Shown here one piece after another: positions 52,601-64,000 of a DNA stretch of 64,000 nt. Under the pieces are notes generated by a model, which made no database searches, was not told where the DNA came from, and was given only the letters and a program-made list of their open reading frames with translations. The translations under genes were made by a program, and so were the position numbers. The stretch spans positions 248,001-312,000 of the forward strand of contig NW_026930562.1 of assembly GCF_032062105.1 (NCBI RefSeq), given 5' to 3'. Every line of letters starts with the position of its first letter. Position 1 is the first letter of the stretch. The stretch is from Saccostrea cucullata (taxonomy: Eukaryota).

Positions 52601-55004
52601 CACAAGCTTGTGACCTGTGCGGGGAAGAAGAAGCGTTTTCCTATTTTGTACAAGAACGAGTCTTGTATCAGAATTACATTTCAAGGTCGTCTGTCCCGTT
52701 CAGTAACAAACATAAAACAGAGGCAGTGGAAATGCTGAGCATTGCATAATTATAATTACCAGGAATCTTTAAATGGTCGTGCTGCTCGCTGAACGTCAAA
52801 CTATACTAATAACACATGTTCCCTTTTATAATTTCATTCTATGACGATTTAGAATAATTAACCAAAGTATACTCTGCTCATAGGCAACCCTTAAAATTTT
52901 GACAGCAATATATGCTTGTCTAATGAAACTGATTTAAAAAATGAAACTTGGATAAATCTGACATATAAATTATTATTTTTATTTTATGAATGAAATAGCA
53001 CTTCCTTTCCATTATTCCCACGGTTGCGTAGAAATAATATGTGTAGTAGGCACTTTTCCAAGACCATATTCTCGAAGAACAGTGTAAAAAAAACAGCTGT
53101 CAAATCACGGAATAACTTCCGCTGTTTATATTTTACACAAAAAACATAAATGAGGAAATCTCTATTGACGGAATGCATCTTCCACGTTTTTCTTGAACCA
53201 CTGTGCAAAAAGTTCTGCATAATGTTTGTTTACAATAGCGTGGGAACGAGAGGTCGTATTATATACTGATGACGCCTGTTAAAGATCGGGATCGAGTACG
53301 AGCAGACATGCACAAAAGTGATCTTCAATGGCTTCAAAAACTATCCACAGACAGCTAAAGCTGGGAGACACTTTTTACGCACGCTCTTTATGAGAAACAC
53401 GTGTTCACCGCGATTTTACTTGCATAATGGATTTTTGCAAACATTCTGTACGAAGATTGTATAAAATTAAGACAAGGGTAATTTACTCGCATGTTTTCTC
53501 GCGTGCCATTGCTGCACGAGTCAACATCAGCTCGTCTTGTAAGCATAAAAATCTACTCAATCTCGGAAGGCGATACTTATGTAGGCCTCTGGTCTTAATT
53601 AACAATGAAGAATTGACATAATTATGGGTGTCAGAATTGGGTGTCGACTTTCCACAACAAGAGTATGCTTTTACACTAGGTCACCTATATCACTTTGCAG
53701 GCCTCGGTTCCAGACTGCAGACTCTTGCATACCCGAAACATTAGGAGTCTGTATTTACAGCACACGCCCTGTGTAATTTTCCGGGAGGAGAGAGGTCTTT
53801 TGATGTTGCGTTAGATAATATAAATATGACAAAGACATAGAGCATTAATGAGGCTCTCTTTGACAGTCCAGATGTCGTTATGTTCGTAACAAGTCTGATT
53901 TACTTATAACAAAAGCCATGCAATCACTTGATCTTGTCCTACAGGAAAGTCCATTCCTCTACTGAGATGTGTGTTAGGATTCCGCTGTTTTGTAGAAATT
54001 CTAGACAAATGACATAACTCGACATAGCAGAAGACTGACTAACATCTTGTCTCGTTCAAACAGAAGACATTGTTTTCTATGTTTTTATTACTACACAGTG
54101 TTACACAAAATCGACTTAACGTTGGCAGGGTACATTTGACCTTTCCTAAATTTCTCGAAGATCCAATCCTCGACTTCCTGGTGATATTTGACCTGATATT
54201 CATAATTTAAAACGCGAGTTGATAAAATATATCATGTAAGAAATATTGAGTACAGATGACAAGTTTTCATTTCCGTTATTTCTGCACGTGCAGGATCGCG
54301 CAAGTGATAACCCTCTCCCTCAATGCCAAGCTAATGCGAGCTCTCAAGTGGGTTTCTGTGGTTTTTGCAGTTCTGAATTAATTTTCTGATTTCTCATTCA
54401 TTTAACTAAATGCAGTGACATTGAAAGTTATCTCTTTCTGTATATTTTTTCTGTCTGGGCTTTAAAGTGAAGTGTTTATTTTGAAAATAATTATTTTGCA
54501 GAAAAAGTAAACTAACCTCTTTGCTAATTTCGACAAGATAATACAAGTACTACAAATGTAAATACATCATGTCATGTATAAGCAAATGTACGACATTTCA
54601 TAGTATAAGGACTAAACTTAGATAAATTTACTTAAACAATTTTTTGAAATTTTTGATTTTCAACTTTTTTTTCATCTAAAATTATTATAAACAATGATTC
54701 GTTTTTTTTTAAATATGGTTACATATGCGATGACTGTTTTTGCGACGCAGTAATAGTATATTTATCAGATAATTATAAGGAGGCGTGCTAGTGTAATAAA
54801 ATATACTAGTTGAAATCCTGCAGTGTCAATGCCGCACCGCTGGAGAGAGCAGAGATGAAAGGTAAAAATCACGTGGTTATAAATGAAATATCTTCTATAT
54901 TTATTATAGAAATCTTAATGTGAACTTAAAAGTTTGATTATTATTTCACAATTCAAATTGGTGTGTTCTGGTTATGTTTGCAAGAAATTGTAACTTGCAA
55001 ATGA

Positions 55005-55480
55005 AATGAAGTATGTGGAGATAACGAACAGTATTCAAAATAAAAAGTCCATTAATTAAACAAAAGAAATTTTTTAGCAGAACAAGGACCCGGTGGGATC
55101 AGGTTCAATGGAGGAGTGAGCATTCTGCCGTGTGTCCTTTGTCATGATCGGGAAATAACGGGAAAATAGGTCGAAAATTCAGTGTGTAAATAGGTTGAGG
55201 CAATCTGGTACCGCCTGCAGGTCGGCGGACAGGAGTGTGTAATAATGGCCGAACAATTAGTATGAAAAACGTCAGTCATCATTTAAATTAATAATAGATT
55301 GTATTTGCTGTTAAGGCCATTGTATCGACCATAGAACTGACGAAATGACGATTTTAAACGTGACTGCTGATATTCTTATTTCAACAACTTGTTTTGTCAA
55401 TAACTTACCTCGTTTTATAAAATGTTCACAGGTAGGGCATGCGCATCGAATCAATTGAAAAATATATACCCCACATACAG
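55005..55480 (-). mobile_element. Penelope-like element 3' portion
   Basis: GGAGATAACGAACAGTATTC...GGTGGGATCAGGTTCAATGGAGGAGTGAGCAT...AAAAACGTCAGTCA...TGTATCGACCATAGAACT. Confidence 0.8.
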
Positions 55481-56822
55481 ATGAAAGCGATTCTGTTATT
55501 TCATTCCTCTCGTTTTTTATGTCTCCATAATCGAAGATTCGGAATTATATAATTAGTTTTATCCACTTATTTGTTTGTCTGTTTATAGTTTCTACGCAAA
55601 AAACTCTAATCTTGGCCTTAACTATAAAACGATAGTTGCTCGGACTATCATATTGCACCAAATTGATTCCTTTCTAACAAACCCTTCTTTGGGTATCAAC
55701 AATTATTGGAGTTTGGCCTACTTTTGTCAAACTTATATCTTGAAACAAAACCCTTTTACCGGTGCCCAAATTTCTTATTTTGGATTATGACATTTTTCAT
55801 TAACTTAGGCCCAGCGTTTGAATTGTTGCTACTAGTGCTTTCATTATGCATCCGTGTGCTCCTTGTTACAATACTTTTTTTGGATACAATCCTTTTAACT
55901 CTATGGCCTTGACTTTGGAATGTTGTCTATCTTTTCTTAATGTCATACGTTGGCATCAGTGTTTCACAATAAGATTATTTTTTTAACAAAAATATTCACA
56001 ATTCCAATTCAACATTCAGTCGATGTTATTTTCTTTTCAATGCATCAATTTATGTGTGTAACAAAATAATTCTTTGCTTATAAAATCAAAATAAAAACGT
56101 TGGAATTGTAAATTGACTGTAAAACATTTTCAGGAAAATAAAATAACGATAAAACATAAACTATCGCTGTTGAATTTATCAAAGCCTGGGTGATGTGTTA
56201 TATTTTCACATGTACTTTACAAATGGGCTAATTTGATAAGATAGCGCTGCCAATTGAAAACCTTATCAAGAGAATGACTAACACTGTTTTCCCTGATAAC
56301 GATGACTAAGATGTTTTGTCGGAGAAGGCAGGTTTCTCCAGACACCTTGTATCCCAGAGAAAATATTACAAATATCGTGGGGGTCGTGTATAAGATGAAT
56401 TATTGCTTTATGATACTTATATCAATAATTTTGAATAAAAAAAAAATGACACAGTGAAGTTCGGGTAAACTGAACAGCACGTCACTTCCGGTGACTTATT
56501 TATTTCATAATTACTATGACAACATAAGGCAAATTATGAAAATACTTTCAAACATATGTAAATGCATGTAAAACAAGCTATTAAAGCATACATCTTCACC
56601 TGATTTATTATAAAGGAAAATGATGTTTCAATAGTTTAATTAAGAATTGTGCTACATGTATTACCATTGATACATACATAATACAAGTAATTAAAAGTGT
56701 ATGTACATGCATTTAAATATCTTTTAATAACTGAAATTTTAAATGAACGTCATGAAAATAATAGATTTTAAATGTCTAATACTTTAGCACATCAAGAACT
56801 ATAAAGCAATTCTGAAAAGAAT

Positions 56823-59800
56823 TCAATGAAATATTTTGGAGTTATCGCGCTTCAAAAGCCCAACTCTCCTTTCATGTACCCTTAAAATCTTGTCTTCAGG
56901 TAACACATTGCAATCGATTAAAACCGTCACCAAATTAAACTTTACTCTGCATCTATTGAACAGCACTTGTTCAATATAGGAAGATAACATGGATGCATTC
57001 AGAGAAAATGTCTTAATTGGGTTCTCTGACAATTCTAAATATTCCAAATACGGAAAGTTAGAGAAATCTGTGGATTTCAGAGAAGAAATTCTGTTATGTT
57101 GTAGGTTTAAAACCCTGAGGTTGGACTTAGACTGGTTATGTATCACGCTCATCTCTTCTATAAAATTAAAAGCCATTTCAAGAGTTTGCAATGACTGAAG
57201 GTCTTTTATTCCTCTTGGATGTTGTAGTCTGTTGCTCGAGAGATCGAGATGCTTAAGCTTGGAAAACCGACTTAATGACGTCCAGTTCACTGATTGTAAT
57301 TGGTTGAAACTCAAGTCTATATATTCCAGATCCGTTTTGTTTGTGTTTTGCAGTAAATTGTCAATTTGTCCTTTTGTGTAATTCCTTATAACCATCTTCT
57401 GTACGGGCGATTGGGAGAGATTGGATAGACTTTTAGAAGGATGAACATCTGATGTGAGAGCAGACTTTCCTAGGAGACATACAAAACAAAGGATGCACAA
57501 CATCATAATGACAACGAGAAGGAGTGAAAGCAAATAATACACCACTGCCCTTGATTTCTCTGGCAAATAACTTAAGTCTTGACATCCACCATTAAAAGTC
57601 TCATTGGGATCTGCTTGCTTATAATCTTTCACTCTTGATGCTGATTTTTCGGTGGAATTCCCTGAGTCCTTTTTACTTTTCATACTCTCCATCCAATCCT
57701 GTTTTAGGAAACTATTTTCTTTCAGAGGTTCTCTTAGAGGAAGAGGCTTGTCAAACATCATCCCACCTTCAGAAAAAATGTTTTAATTAGTAAAAAAGGT
57801 AACCAAAACGTTCAAGTATACAAACCAATACTTCAAATATTTCATGAAATAATTAACATCAGGGATATAGGCTGTGTCGTTTAAATGTTAAATATTTACG
57901 AGTTTGGTGTTTCTCATCCGCTTTGGAATCTGTTGTGAATTCTGCATGGATTCGAAGTTCTCCGCTCACTCCCCCGATATCCTGTCCAGCTGCACCCGAT
58001 ACAATGGCAGACACCAAGTCTTTCTTTCTCTCAACAGATAAAGATTGCACCGTGTTGGCCGGAGAAAGGAACAACTCAATGTCTGTGATTATATTTTGAA
58101 AAGAGATTCAAAAGATTATATTAAAAATTCAAATCATACCAAATGTAAACAAAAAAGATTTAACAGTAAATTACAATACATACAGCTTTTGGCGGATCAT
58201 ATTATTGTCATTAAAATTCTTCATTCTTTTGAATTTGTTAAATTCATACTTGAAAATATTTGTTCTATACAAAAATGGTAAATATAATAATCCAATTTCT
58301 CGTTTTCTCTGTCTCATGGTTATCAGAATATCGTACGTACCACGTGTCTTTTGAAATCTTTCTACGTCATCAGAATCTCCCATAGCAATATCGATGCGGA
58401 AAGATATCGCAGATATATCTTCACTGGAAATTCCAGCGAAACCGAATAAAGCTACCAAGAATTGTTCCAAAAAGCAGGTATCTAACAGACGTCTGGTAGA
58501 GAAGTTTTTAATTCTGCGCAGCACTAGAACTATGCAGCCTTTTCTTTGAACCACGATCTCTACACCAAACTTGTCCTTTAGAACAGCGTTGACAGTCTGC
58601 AGCTTTTCCCCGGACAGCGACCGGAGGACCTGCTCTTCTATGTGGGCGACGTAGATTCCAGGGGAGGTTTCCATGTGGAGAATCATCTTAACAAGATCCT
58701 TGGATTCACAGCTGGTTTGGCCGTCTGCTTGTGTGTGATCGAAAACTTCAACATTCAAGACACAACTGTTATTGTTCCCGACTTGCACGATAACACCTTG
58801 TCCATGGTTTACAATACGAAGGTTGGAGGGACGCGTACCTGAAATAGAATTAAATAAAGATAGATATCTTTGTAATGTGTTTGTTTTCTGTTTCTCTTTT
58901 AAAATTTGAGTTACAGATATGTAAAATATTTTATCACTAAAAGAAATTAAAACAAGATGAGTTTGTAAAACACAGATGCCCCCGTATGGCATCATAGCGA
59001 AGGTTAAATTTTCTCAAATGCAAATCAAATGTGTTGTTACCCAAAGTAAGGCCTTCTCACAAGCCCTACCACCACTTGTTCAAATGTTTTGGCAATGTTA
59101 AAGTTTATTAAGGTATGTCAAACTCAAGGCCAAGGCCGAAGGGTCACAGCTGTTAGTTTTTAAGAAAAAGTCTTGTCACAAGGATTAGATATGTGAATTA
59201 CAAGAGCCCTATAGTCTTAACCATTCAAAGGTCATGTCCAAGGTCAAAGTAATGTGAAGAAGATGGGTGGATAAGGCGGAAAGAATGCCTATGGCATCAG
59301 ATATTAAGAAATCACATTTGATATGTAAATTGAGTATTTAAATTTACCCCTCATTATTGAAATTTATGAAATTATTGAGAAGAAAACCTTTTCTGAGAGA
59401 AAATAAATCTCTTTAAAAAATTTCATATATAAAAAATATTAGATGGTATACGTGGGATTCGAACCCCAGCAATAAAATACCGATGTATTATTCTGCTTTG
59501 GGGCTAACGCGCTAACCACTATGCGATATGGCTCATGATGATTAGGGGCATTTCATTCATGTTTGTGATATGACCCTTAACTTAATGGACTTGAAGTATT
59601 TCTCGGAAAGATACGAATGTGTTGTCATAAAAGTGTACTTTTAAGAGTAAGTGGGTCTTCGCTCCATTTTTTTTGTAAACCAAAAAATATTTATCTTATC
59701 GCAAACTTTTAGGATTATCTTTAAAAACTAGAGGTACTGTGAGCGATGAGCTCACTAAATGATACCCCCCGCCTCCCATATGGTTATAACTGGTGAAAAA

Positions 59801-61589
59801 GTCCATGTTTTCCTGTGGCCGGGAAATTCAAAATATGTGTCAGATCAAAAAGTAAAATAGGAGGTGCACAATGGCAATATGTAATAAAGATTCTGTGAAA
59901 GTTTCATCAAATTTCATTCAGTGGTATTAGAGGAGTTGCGGATAAGAGATGGGTACCCCAAAGCGTAACAGACGGACGGACGGACGGAATTAACGATTAC
60001 TATATACCCTCCCACTTTTCAAGCGGGGGGTATAAAAACTAGAGGTACTGTGAGCGATGAGCTCACTAAATGATACCCCCGCCTCCATATAGTTATAATG
60101 GCAAAGTCCATGTTTTGCTGTGGCCGTGAAACCCAAAATATGTGTAGGATCAGAGAGTAAAATAGGAGGTGCACAATGGCAATATGTAATAAAGAATCTA
60201 TGAAAGTTTCATCAAATTTCATTCAGTGGTATGAGAGGAGTTGCGGATAAGAGATGGGTACCCCAAAGCGTAACAGACGGACGGAAGGACGGACGGACGG
60301 AATTAACGATTACTATATACCCTCCCGCTTTTCAAGCGGGGGGTATAAAAATGGAGCGAAGACCCACTCATATTGAAAAAGTTTGTCAAAGTATATGAAA
60401 AAATGATCGTTTTTGTTCTTTTTAGTCTGTGTATGCTTTTTCGTTGGCGAATATTTTCTGTCTTTGTGAGATTTTTGTAAATTATAGAGATTTTACATTA
60501 AGTATACTTTAATATTAGGTGAAATATGAAATAAAATTTGGATATAATTGAGATTGAATTTTCACTTCTTATCTGTCCCGCTATAGGCATTCTGCCCGCC
60601 TTATCCCCCCATCTTCTTTTGTAAAAGTGGGTCGAAGTCCAAGGTCAAGAGTTCAAATTTGGTGGTACCTAAAGAATGGTCTTGGCACAAGGAATACACC
60701 TGTGAAATATAAAAGTCATATGCAGAGCCCCATCCATTCAAAAGTAATGAGCAAATTTAAAGTTTTCGTGGACAGATAGACAGATGGACATGCAGGTAAA
60801 GCAAAAACTGTGTATCCCCAAATCTTCGATTACGGTGGCATAAAAAAGAATCATTGAACCATGCAATATAAAAAAGTTTCATGAACATAAAGGACTTATT
60901 CTAAAAATATAGTGGAATTTTTCAAGCAATAAGGAAGTTTTTCTTTTTTTAATTGTTTATTTTATTCATTAGAATTTCTTCCTCTTTTTACTTCCTGTGT
61001 TATCCATCAAACAATCATCCCACAAAAATTAAGCAATTAAAGATCAAAAATGAAATCTACCTTTTCCACCCAAATCCCGATTGATTGATTCCTGAAAACC
61101 TTTTCCAAAAGCAAAAAGGTTTACAAGGTTATCCCCGATGTCCGTGAGTGTCCCCACACATCTATTATACAGCTCATCCGACACTGTAAACGATCTGTTG
61201 ACCACATTCCACACTGACATCAAAGTCTCTATATTTTCTCCCACGTGCTCCTGTTCAAACTGTCCAGAGAGACAATTTCCACACCAAGAACAATCAGGTT
61301 GTCTTATTGCTGTGAATCTTTTTAACAATTCAAACAGCTGATCCAACTCCAGGTTACAAAATGTGTTTTCTGTGTCAAGTGAGATTAACGATTCTTGTTC
61401 TTCTTGAGGAAGACTGGAGAAATACTCGGACTGAATGACCGCTCTGTATAAACGCTCAGGAGACGTATAAACCTCCAAAACTTCCTGAAAAAAGTCCCTT
61501 CCAGAGGAAAGGTAAAAATTTAACAGTCGTATTTTATTATCCACCATCCTTTTTCTCCTTAAGCGTTGTTTCTCCATTGTAGACGACAT
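56823..61589 (-). CDS. Predicted type II membrane protein: DZIP3-like HEPN domain - putative TRADD-N-like domain - TM - 5 LRRs, ~717 aa, 4 coding exons
   Basis: Exons (minus) 61589-61061, 58838-58341, 58082-57900, 57766-56823; all phase-1 GT-AG junctions, 2154 nt, joining four ORF-track ORFs in frame. TM AVVYYLLSLLLVVIMMLCILCFVCLL. LRRs LEYIDLSFNQL, LKHLDLSSNRL, LQTLEMAFNFI, LRVLNLQHNRI, LEYLELSENPI. Alternative in-frame ATG at 61682. N-terminal domain names are by-eye calls. Confidence 0.8.
59444..59533 (-). other. tRNA-derived (pseudo-tRNA / Pol III promoter-like) segment inside the TIR element
   Basis: Minus strand has A-box-like CGCATAGTGGTTAG and B-box GGTTCGAATCC; acceptor and anticodon stems do not form well. 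Confidence 0.45.
59728..60350. mobile_element. Head-to-tail dimer of a 311-bp Helentron-like element
   Basis: Units start CTAGAGGTACTGTGAGCGATGAGCTCAC at 59728 and 60039; each has (GACG)n and a terminal hairpin TATACCCTCCC(A/G)CTTTTCAAGCGGGGGGTATA. Confidence 0.9.
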
Positions 61590-63137
61590 GGCGAGCAAAC
61601 AAATATACGCACATGTGCTCGTCCTTTTAAAGTACGGGTAAATACTTATTAAAAGCAACATCCATGCTATGGATTTCCCCATGTAGCTATTCTTAAATGT
61701 GACATGGTCATTTAATCTGATAAAACCAATTCAAAACAAAATTAACCAACCAGTGACAAGCAAAATCTTTCTAGAAAAAATCCCCGGTATATTTTTTTGC
61801 GGAAAGGACTTTAAGAGTTCGTTGTGATGAAATATCTCTGAATTGCACAAACGACCAACGCCTTTCTGAATAAAAGCATATAAAACACTTTAGACAGAAG
61901 ATGTCGAGATCTAGATATATGTATCATTTAATTGGGTAGCAAAACTTATTGTGTGAGGCATTTACATTTGGGATACTTCAGATGCTAGTAATATTGTTTG
62001 ATAAACAATGATACTTGAAAATCTTTAAGTGCTTTGTCGAACCTTTGTCGAGAAAACAAATCTGCTTAGTTAATAACAATAATACAGTTTCTACCTAAAG
62101 AGAAGAAAACACGAAAGACAGGTAAAAGTACATTTTTCTTTGTTAGAGTGAACATTGAATCATATTTTATCATTTACCACTTTCTCATCACTTTAATGTA
62201 TGTATTCTTCATTGGAATACATGTATGTCTTCGAAAACCTGAAGTAGATTAATAAAGGATTAGCAAAGGACTACTTCAGAGTCATCTAAGTATTCATTCT
62301 ATATATACATGTATATAGCATTGAAATATCAACTTTGTTCCATCTCACACAGGTAACAAGATATTTAAATTAAATATACTATACAGAGAAAAAAGTCAAT
62401 ATGCGTACATATATGATATGGCCTCAAAGACACCTTAGTTAAGGTCATCTTTAAAATATTGTTTGCCATTTCCCGACTGACTGCCTAAAAATGACTCGAC
62501 TCAAAACTTCTTTAACCTCCTGGAAACAAATATTTGTTTCCTTATTTTTTTTAGGGTTTTATCGTTCACGTACCTACTGACCTCAACAGTTTTACTGAGT
62601 CGGGAGAGGACAAACAAATTTTAGTTTCAAGATTGCCAGACGTTTTAAAAAAGAATTTTAGCTAAGTATTATTGCTCCCATCTCTGGTCTACGTTTCTTT
62701 ACTGGGCTCATATAAATTAAATTGTTCTTACATGTAACCGTTTGCTTCCAAACCCTGTACATTTCTTGATTCTACTGAAATTTTCTTATTCCAAAAAAAA
62801 ACTTTTATCAAATATCTTGTACCAGTATTTTACACTCTCTTGACCGCAAATTACAGACTGGAATGACTTTTGCAGTTTCAAAATAGAATTAACGAGACGA
62901 TGTTATGCCTCTAACTGTTTTCCTTATGAACTGTTTCTTTTCTTGATAAGGTAACACGGAATTGATAGCAAATTTATCCACTAAAATTTAATTTTATTTA
63001 AATTTAAAAAAAAATTATCCAAGATATTTGAAAATGAATATTTTATTATAAAAATTGTTTTGAATAAAAATTAAGCAAACTATTAATAATAAAGATTTCC
63101 TTGTTTGAAACTATTAGCAGTACCTTCACTTAAGTTA

Positions 63138-63470
63138 CGAGGGCCGTTCAAAAATTACGCGGATTGTGCTATTATTTACTCTTACAGACGTCATATAGTT
63201 ATGAAATTTCACAGAAATACGTATCTTATAGATTCGAATAAATTTTGGGCAAAATTTCTGTATTTCAAAAAAATTCTACGAAAATTATCGGTATGTTGAT
63301 ATCGCTGATGGAGAGGTACGGAGCACGACAAAAAATTGAAGCAAAAGCATGCTGAATCCAAAATTTAACTCATTAATTTTCTATAATTAGCGATATTTTT
63401 CGACAATTTTCTCAAACGTATCTTTAAATTGTTCTATTATTATGTATTTAGATTTCTTGCATGATATTAG
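63138..63470. mobile_element. Left end of a mariner-like element
   Basis: TA|CGAGGGCCGTTCAAAAAT resembles the mariner TIRs at 38495 and 27617; no right end found. Confidence 0.45.
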
Positions 63471-63473
63471 AAG

Positions 63474-63818
63474 TACGGTGGCTGGTATAGGACATGGTAT
63501 GAGAATTTTTTTTATTAATTCGTGGCCACGAATTAAAAATTTGTGGGAACGAAATAAAAATTCGTGGCCACGAAATCAAATTCGTGGGAACGAAATAAAA
63601 ATTCGTGGGAACGAAATAAAAATTCGTGGCCACGAAATAAAAATTCGTGGGAACGAAATAAAAATTCGTGGGAACGAAATAAAATTCGTGGCCACGAAAT
63701 AAAAATTTGTGGGAACGAAATAAAATTCGTGGCCACGAAATAAAATTCGTGGGAACGAAATAAAATTCGTGGCCACGAAATAAAATTGTGTTATATAATG
63801 TCCTTTTTAGCTTCATTC
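63474..63818. mobile_element. Small TIR element containing a 20-21 bp palindromic minisatellite
   Basis: Left TACGGTGGCTGGTATAGGACAT, degenerate right ATGTCCTTTTTAGC; ~13 units AAATTCGTGG(CC/GA)ACGAAATAA at 63517-63786. Confidence 0.65.
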
Positions 63819-64000
63819 AAGATGAACGGACTTATTTTTATCATTCAATTGGACTGAGCAAAATGGATTTTTGTTTAAAATCGTTATGGGTATTGAATAA
63901 TATGCCTGAATCATCATTAATTATTGAAAATTGCACACATTGGCGTCACGAACCCGATCTGTCAATACATGCACTAGAATCTTTATCTTTTATTTCGTTC

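Larger units (their letters stand above)
59257..60618. mobile_element. TIR DNA transposon (non-autonomous) nested in the Helentron-like element
   Basis: AAGAAGATGGGTGGATAAGGCGGAAAGAATGCCTAT ... ATAGGCATTCTGCCCGCCTTATCCCCCCATCTTCTT (~36-bp TIR); TSD not clear. Confidence 0.75.
58951..60846. mobile_element. Helentron-like host element in intron 1 of the LRR gene, containing nested insertions
   Basis: Starts AACAAGATGAGTTTGTAAAACACAGATGCCCCCG, ends GGACAGATAGACAGA...CGGTGGCATAAAAAA; repeat unit GTCTTG(T/G)CACAAGGA continues on both sides of the nested element. Confidence 0.65.

Noticed and set aside
53260-53300. CTGATGA hammerhead-like cores (also ~8226, 14296, 16335, 28586)
   Set aside because: No compatible stem II-GAAA-stem III arrangement found.
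63442-63816. Overlapping repetitive ORFs / CRISPR-like array
   Set aside because: Translations of a tandem minisatellite; no unique spacers, no cas genes, eukaryotic context.

Overview
AT-rich, intron-containing animal genomic DNA. The repeat types and gene families point to a bivalve mollusc, probably an oyster; this is inference. I reconstructed three multi-exon protein-coding genes by hand, each with GT-AG introns and matching phases. (1) A secreted CAP/CRISP-like protein (signal peptide-CAP-hinge-EGF-like-ShKT), 9 exons, 13856-25718 (+), ~294 aa, largely missed by the ORF track. (2) A Snail-superfamily Scratch (ScratchB/Kahuli-like) zinc-finger repressor with a separate SNAG exon, 46749-49651 (+), 453 aa. 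(3) An unusual 4-exon gene, 61589-56823 (-), ~717 aa. It appears to fuse an N-terminal DZIP3-like HEPN domain and a possible TRADD-N-like domain to a single transmembrane helix and a C-terminal LRR region rich in N-glycosylation sequons, i.e. a candidate type II, topologically inverted TLR-like receptor. The rest is dense, nested, decayed mobile DNA: about 16 fragments of one Penelope-like (Naiad-type) retroelement family, about 14 of which carry a conserved structured 3' motif; degenerate mariner copies; Helentron-like non-autonomous elements; and hAT-, Kolobok-, Harbinger- and IS3EU-like elements and MITEs with readable target-site duplications. Best leads: the HEPN-TM-LRR gene and the conserved 3' RNA motif of the Penelope-like element. 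Domain and superfamily names come from motif recognition by eye, not database searches.
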